DNA of 64,000 bases, from contig JAFOMI010000040.1 in the NCBI GenBank assembly GCA_017418945.1, forward strand, positions 32-64,031, in the 5' to 3' direction. Both the position numbers and the translations under genes were made by a program. The notes under the pieces are model-generated. The model made no database searches. It was not told the DNA's origin and saw only the letters and a list, made by a program, of their open reading frames with translations. Each line of letters begins with the position of its first letter. Within the stretch, counting starts at the first letter, position 1. Below, in pieces: positions 58,976-64,000 of the stretch. The DNA is from Bacilli bacterium. Lineage in GTDB: Bacteria > Bacillota_I > Bacilli_A > RF39 > UBA660.

Positions 58976-60856
58976 ATGAATAGAGAAGATTTAATAAGCT
59001 ACAAAGAAAAACTTTCTAAATTAAGTTTAGAAGAAAATAAGAAGAGGGAAAAGTATTTAATGGATATGGCTAGAGGTAAAATAGCTGGGCCACAAGTTGG
59101 ATATCCTACAATTGATATGCCTTGGATGCATGTATATGATGAAGAGATATATTTTAGTGAAAAACCAAAAGAAACTGTAGTAGAAGCATTATTTAATAAT
59201 AATAAAGATAATTTAGATACAGTTGCTTTAAATTATTTTGGAAATAAAATAACTTATAGACAATTTGAAATAAATATATTAGATTTAGCAAGATCATTTA
59301 AACATAATGGAGTTGGTAATAATAGTTATGTTGGTGTATGCTTAGCGGGTATACCAGAAGCAATGGCTTCAATATATTCACTTAATTATCTTGGTGCGGT
59401 TGGTATGTTTATGGCACCTTATCAAGATGAAGAAAATATGATTAAAGATTTAAAAAAGAATGGTACTAAAGTATTATTCATGATGGATTTATTCTACGAA
59501 AAAGGCAAAGAAAAATTTGATAGAGTAGTTGAAAAAGCTGGAATTGAAAAATTAGTTATAGTACCAACTTTAAATTCATCTATTATAGGTAAATTTTTAA
59601 AGAAAAAGAAGTATAAGAATAAAAAGATTGTTACATATAATGATTTTATAAAAGAAGGAAAAGATGAAGTATTAGACGAAATGGTTGGATATGAAAAAGA
59701 TAAACCAGCTGCAGTAGTTTATTCATCTGGAACAACAGGAATATTAAAAGGAGTATTATTAAGTAATGATTCTATTAATAATATTTCTCGTGCTTATACT
59801 GCATTTGGCTTTGATCTAAGTAGAGGACAAAGTATTTATCAAGCTATACCAGTTTGGTCTTCAACAGGATTAGTTGCGGTAGGTACAATACCATTATTCT
59901 TCGGTGCAACATTATTTGAAAATCCAAAATTTGATCCAGTAGTATTTTGTAAAAATTTAGGTGCACATGATATAAATTGGGGAGTTGGAACAACAGAACT
60001 TCTTAATGGTTTAGAAAAAATTGAAAAGAGTAAAATTGGTAAATTTAAAATAAAACATAGAAAACTACGTTATAACAAATTACATACTGTATTAATTGGA
60101 GGAACTTTCTCTAGTCCAAAAGATAAAAAGAGATTAAATAATCTATTTAAAAGAATAGGATGCCCTGCGAAAGCAAATAGTGGTTATGGTACATGTGAAA
60201 ATGGTTCTACTGTAACTGCGGAATTAAATAAGTATGATTATCCAGATTATTCTATTGGTCATCCAATTCCAGGTGTTAAGATAATGGCAATAGATGAAAA
60301 TGATAATGAACTTCCATATAATGTAAGAGGACAGTTAGCGGTTAAAACTGATTGCGGTATGCTTAGATACTATAATAGAGATGATTTAAATAAAAAAATA
60401 TTCTTTAAAGATAAAGGATCTAATATTTTATTTAAACATACTGGTGATATAGGTTATGTTAGACCTGATGGTATTGTTATATATGAAGGAAGAGGCAATG
60501 ATACTTCTGTTATAAATGGTGAAACTTTATATAATTTTGATGTTAAAAAAGTTTTCCTTGATGATAAAGATGTAGAAGATGCTGAAGTATTTATAAATCC
60601 AAATGGTAATTTATGTGCTAATATAGTTTTCTTTGATAAAGAATTAGATATTAATGAAAAAATTAAGGAATTACAATCAAAGATATATGAAAAATTTAAT
60701 AATAAAAATTATATACCAACAGATTATAAAATTAGGGATTCATTCCCAATGGCAAGTTCTACAAAAAGAGATTATGCAAAAATTAAAGCTGAGAAAGATG
60801 GATACATTAATATTCCATATGAATCTCATAAAACACTAAAAAAAATCATTAAATAA
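58976..60856 (+). CDS. AMP-binding (adenylate-forming) enzyme, acyl-CoA/acyl-AMP ligase family
   Basis: AMP-binding motif YSSGTTGILKGV, plus the downstream GYG(T/S)(C/T)E and D-x-G-Y motifs. Confidence 0.8.
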   Translation: MNREDLISYKEKLSKLSLEENKKREKYLMDMARGKIAGPQVGYPTIDMPWMHVYDEEIYFSEKPKETVVEALFNNNKDNLDTVALNYFGNKITYRQFEINILDLARSFKHNGVGNNSYVGVCLAGIPEAMASIYSLNYLGAVGMFMAPYQDEENMIKDLKKNGTKVLFMMDLFYEKGKEKFDRVVEKAGIEKLVIVPTLNSSIIGKFLKKKKYKNKKIVTYNDFIKEGKDEVLDEMVGYEKDKPAAVVYSSGTTGILKGVLLSNDSINNISRAYTAFGFDLSRGQSIYQAIPVWSSTGLVAVGTIPLFFGATLFENPKFDPVVFCKNLGAHDINWGVGTTELLNGLEKIEKSKIGKFKIKHRKLRYNKLHTVLIGGTFSSPKDKKRLNNLFKRIGCPAKANSGYGTCENGSTVTAELNKYDYPDYSIGHPIPGVKIMAIDENDNELPYNVRGQLAVKTDCGMLRYYNRDDLNKKIFFKDKGSNILFKHTGDIGYVRPDGIVIYEGRGNDTSVINGETLYNFDVKKVFLDDKDVEDAEVFINPNGNLCANIVFFDKELDINEKIKELQSKIYEKFNNKNYIPTDYKIRDSFPMASSTKRDYAKIKAEKDGYINIPYESHKTLKKIIK

Positions 60857-60909
60857 TGATTTTTTTTTTAATATATGATATTATTTATATATAGTAGAGG
60901 TGAATAATT

Positions 60910-62742
60910 ATGATTATAACAAAGCTTACATTTCTTACATTTTTTTGTATTTTGTTAATACTTTCAATTATAATTTTATATGCATCTAAAAAGAGACTAA
61001 AAACTAATGAAGCACTTATATTTAAAATAATGTGTTATTCAAATTTGATTGCATTAATTCTTCAATATGCAATATCTCAAGTATCATATTATTATGATTA
61101 TGTACCTAAAACAGTTTCAGATTTACTTATTAAATCATATATATTTATGTTAGTTTTCTTTGGTTTATTACTTCTTTGTTATTTAATAGATTTAATAGCA
61201 AAAAACAGTAAGCCATTAAATTTATTTATAGGATTTGTCTATGAGTTATTAAGTATAGTAATATTCTTTTTACCATTAGATATTTATATTGATAATAAAA
61301 AACAAATATATTATTCGTATGGTTTAGCTAATGATTATGCATCGATGCTTAGTTTATTTGCATCAAGTGCAATATTCTTATTAATGTTCTTTAATATTAA
61401 CAAATTAAAGAAAAGAAAAGTTGTTCCAATTATTACTTATTTAACACTTTGCTTTATATGTTTTATGATTCAATTAGAACATCCTGAAATAGTTATTATT
61501 TGTTTTGTTGAATCATTCTTATGTTTTATTATGTATCATAGTATTGAAAATCCAGATATGCGTTTAATAGAAAAACTAAATATAGCAAAAGATGAAGCTG
61601 AAAAAGCAAATAGAGCAAAATCTGATTTCTTATCTAGTATGTCACATGAAATAAGAACTCCACTTAATGCAATTGCGGGATTATCAGAGGATATATTAAC
61701 TTATAAAAATCAAGTTCCAAAACAAGTTAAAGAAGACTGTGAAGATATAATTGAAGCTTCTAATACTCTTCTTGAAATAGTTGGAAATATATTAAATATA
61801 AGTAAGATTGAAAGTAATAAATTAGATATTGTACAAGAACCTTATAGATTTTCTAAAGAAATAACTAATTTAGTAAAAATTAATAAAACAAGAATTGGTG
61901 AAAAACCAATAAAATTAGAAATAGAAATTGCAGAAGATTTACCATATGAATTAATTGGAGATAAAGTTCATATTAAGGAAATAGTAAATAATTTATTATC
62001 TAATGCGATTAAATATACTGAAGAAGGAAGTGTATTTTTAAGAGTTAAATGTATTAATAAAGATAATAAATGTAATTTATTTATTAGTGTTGAAGATACT
62101 GGAAGAGGTATTAAAAAAGAATATATTAATAGATTATTTGAAAAGTTTGATAGACTAGATATTGATAAAAAGACTACTATTGAAGGAACTGGACTTGGTC
62201 TTGCGATTACTAAAAAACTTGTTAATATGATGGGTGGAACTATTAATGTTAGTAGTGTTTATGGAAAAGGTTCTATCTTTGTTGTTAATATTGCACAAGG
62301 AATTAGTAAGATGACTAAACCAGAAGAAGAAAAAGTAATAGTACCAAAAGAAAATGAAATAGATTATTCTAAGAAAAGAATTTTAGTTGTAGATGATAAT
62401 TTATTAAATTTAAAAGTTGCTAATAGAGCACTTTCAGATTTAAAGTTAAAAATTGATGAAGTAACTAGTGGAGCAGAAGCACTTAAGAAAGTTAAAGAAA
62501 ATAAATATGATGTTATTCTTCTTGATATAATGATGCCTGAAATGAATGGTGAAGAAACATTAGTAGAATTAAAAAAAATACAAGGTTTTAATACACCGGT
62601 AATTGCGGTAACCGCAGATGCTCTTGAGGGTGCTAAAGAAAAATATTTAAAAGAAGGATTTGATCAATATGTTGCTAAACCATTTTCAAGAGATCAAATA
62701 AAAGAAAAATTAGATAGAGTATTTACAAAAGATTCTAAATAG
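60910..62742 (+). CDS. Hybrid sensor histidine kinase/response regulator (membrane sensor, HisKA, HATPase_c, REC)
   Basis: About 6 TM N-terminus. H-box SHEIRTPLNAI. G-boxes (GTGLGLAI). C-terminal receiver (VDDNLLN...DIMMPEMNG...K). Confidence 0.88.
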   Translation: MIITKLTFLTFFCILLILSIIILYASKKRLKTNEALIFKIMCYSNLIALILQYAISQVSYYYDYVPKTVSDLLIKSYIFMLVFFGLLLLCYLIDLIAKNSKPLNLFIGFVYELLSIVIFFLPLDIYIDNKKQIYYSYGLANDYASMLSLFASSAIFLLMFFNINKLKKRKVVPIITYLTLCFICFMIQLEHPEIVIICFVESFLCFIMYHSIENPDMRLIEKLNIAKDEAEKANRAKSDFLSSMSHEIRTPLNAIAGLSEDILTYKNQVPKQVKEDCEDIIEASNTLLEIVGNILNISKIESNKLDIVQEPYRFSKEITNLVKINKTRIGEKPIKLEIEIAEDLPYELIGDKVHIKEIVNNLLSNAIKYTEEGSVFLRVKCINKDNKCNLFISVEDTGRGIKKEYINRLFEKFDRLDIDKKTTIEGTGLGLAITKKLVNMMGGTINVSSVYGKGSIFVVNIAQGISKMTKPEEEKVIVPKENEIDYSKKRILVVDDNLLNLKVANRALSDLKLKIDEVTSGAEALKKVKENKYDVILLDIMMPEMNGEETLVELKKIQGFNTPVIAVTADALEGAKEKYLKEGFDQYVAKPFSRDQIKEKLDRVFTKDSK

Positions 62743-62803
62743 AATCTTTTTTTTATACTAGTTTTTATTTTAAAAATATAATATAATTAGAAAGGTGATT
62801 AAT

Positions 62804-63433
62804 TTGAGACTTAGAAATAATAAAAATGCAAAAAATATATTAGAAGAATCTAAATATGTTATTAAAAATCCAGAAGATTATAAAGGAAAATGGAATGAAG
62901 TATTTAAAAATGATAATCCTATATATATAGAAATTGGTTGTGGTAAAGGTAATTTCATGATTGAAAATGCTTTAAGATATCCTGATATAAACTTTATTGG
63001 TATAGAAATGTATGATACAGTTTTAATGTACGCTGTTAATAAAATTGAAAAAGAAATACCAAATTTAAGATTTATTAGAATGGATGCAAGATTAATAGAG
63101 GATGTTTTTGATAAAGAAATAGATTTAATTTATTTGAACTTCTCAGACCCATGGCCAAAAAATAGAAATGCAAAGAGAAGATTAACCCATGAAAGATTTT
63201 TAAATAGATATGAAAATATATTTAAGGGAGAAAAAAAGATTTTTATGAAAACAGATAATATATCATTATTTGCATTCTCTTTAGAATCTTTATCTTGTTT
63301 TGGTTATAAATTAAAATTTGTTTCTCTTGATTTAGCAAATTCTAAATATGAAGATAATATTATGACTGAATATGAAAAAAAGTTTACAGAAAAAGGAATA
63401 AGAATTAATAGGTTAGAAGCCTATAAAGATTAA
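62804..63433 (+). CDS. trmB: tRNA (guanine46-N7)-methyltransferase TrmB
   Basis: IEIGCGKGNF SAM motif and YLNFSDPWPK (the TrmB DPWPK signature). TTG start (MRLR...) with an AAAGGTGA RBS. Confidence 0.88.
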   Translation: MRLRNNKNAKNILEESKYVIKNPEDYKGKWNEVFKNDNPIYIEIGCGKGNFMIENALRYPDINFIGIEMYDTVLMYAVNKIEKEIPNLRFIRMDARLIEDVFDKEIDLIYLNFSDPWPKNRNAKRRLTHERFLNRYENIFKGEKKIFMKTDNISLFAFSLESLSCFGYKLKFVSLDLANSKYEDNIMTEYEKKFTEKGIRINRLEAYKD

Positions 63434-63507
63434 TTTTATAAAAAGTACTTTAAATAAGTATTTTTTTTTGATATAATATAAAAGATAAGAGTAGGTGTTT
63501 AAATAAT

Positions 63508-64000
63508 ATGCGTAAAATACTTGTATTAATGCTTGTAGTATTTACTATGAGTGCTTGTACAGTTGTTAATATTAACACAAACAATTATATTGATAATATT
63601 AATAAAGTAATTAAAAGAGAAAGTAAATATACAAATAAAAATGCAGTAGGTTTTCAATATTATTTACCTAATGGTGTTATTCAAACAGAAGTAAATAATT
63701 TTAATCAAAGATTAATGTCAAAAGGTGATATATATTACTTATATGCAGATGTTGTAAGTTATTATCATAAAGTAGAATTTAAATATAAAGAGAATAAAAA
63801 AGCATATTTATCAAAGACTATATCTTATGATGGTAAATATGGTTATGTAGAAGTAAATGAAGATAATGGAAAATATTTTGTTGAAATGATGTTTAATTAT
63901 GCAAAAATAGAAAGTTATGTTAAAAAAGAAAATTTAAAAGATGCATTAAATAATATGGCTTTTATTTTATCTAGTGTTAAATATAATGATGACATAGTAA
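63508..64000 (+). CDS. Lipoprotein (partial, runs off the window end)
   Basis: Signal peptide with lipobox MRKILVLMLVVFTMSAC. ORF continues to the end of the window. Confidence 0.6.
   Translation, partial: MRKILVLMLVVFTMSACTVVNINTNNYIDNINKVIKRESKYTNKNAVGFQYYLPNGVIQTEVNNFNQRLMSKGDIYYLYADVVSYYHKVEFKYKENKKAYLSKTISYDGKYGYVEVNEDNGKYFVEMMFNYAKIESYVKKENLKDALNNMAFILSSVKYNDDIV

Overview
This is a very AT-rich segment (roughly 25% GC by eye) from a spore-forming Firmicutes/Clostridia-type chromosome; cotJB-cotJC, T-box-controlled metG and archaeal-type proS, and the tsaEBD-rimI and pcrA/ligA neighbourhoods support that. Standard genetic code is used (W encoded by TGG, TGA terminates ORFs). No CRISPR array, rRNA or recognisable transposase/integrase is seen.

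Most of the window, roughly 8.4-64 kb, is ordinary core genome: cotJBC, dinB-like polymerase, tex, metG, proS, deoD, purA, trxB/trxA, nagZ-like, tspO, Rrf2-sufCBD, a thyA-family gene, nrdDG, tsaE/tsaB/rimI/tsaD, two ABC systems, pcrA, ligA, a sortase with a thioester-domain adhesin, a hybrid histidine kinase and trmB.

The left ~8 kb is accessory-looking and is centred on a tRNA-Gly(GCC) gene at 4641-4715.
- Upstream of the tRNA sit two adjacent, probably co-transcribed genes. The first encodes a Cys-rich/zinc-ribbon-like protein with a T5orf172 (GIY-YIG-like) motif. The second has a PNP/MTA-nucleosidase-fold C-terminal domain. This pair is my best candidate for an undescribed defence-type module with a nucleosidase effector.
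- A CYTH (class IV adenylyl-cyclase-like) gene converges on that pair.
- An orphan 274-aa gene is flanked by ~90-bp direct repeats, each carrying a near-consensus sigma-A promoter; one copy is followed by an intrinsic terminator and looks like a candidate small RNA.
- An inverted, internally deleted copy of the tRNA lies just downstream of the tRNA.
- Right of the tRNA are a tandem two-domain RelA/SpoT-type alarmone synthetase and an SPFH protein.

Further right, three other items stand out: a 33-aa metallothionein-like peptide with a strong RBS (not in the ORF track) next to metal-type permeases; two paralogous secreted Cys-rich proteins with a tail-fibre-like N-terminal motif beside a signal-less GH25-LysM lysozyme; and a divergent ThyA-family enzyme lacking the His of the PCH catalytic triplet.

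All functional calls rest on motif recognition by eye. No database search was run.
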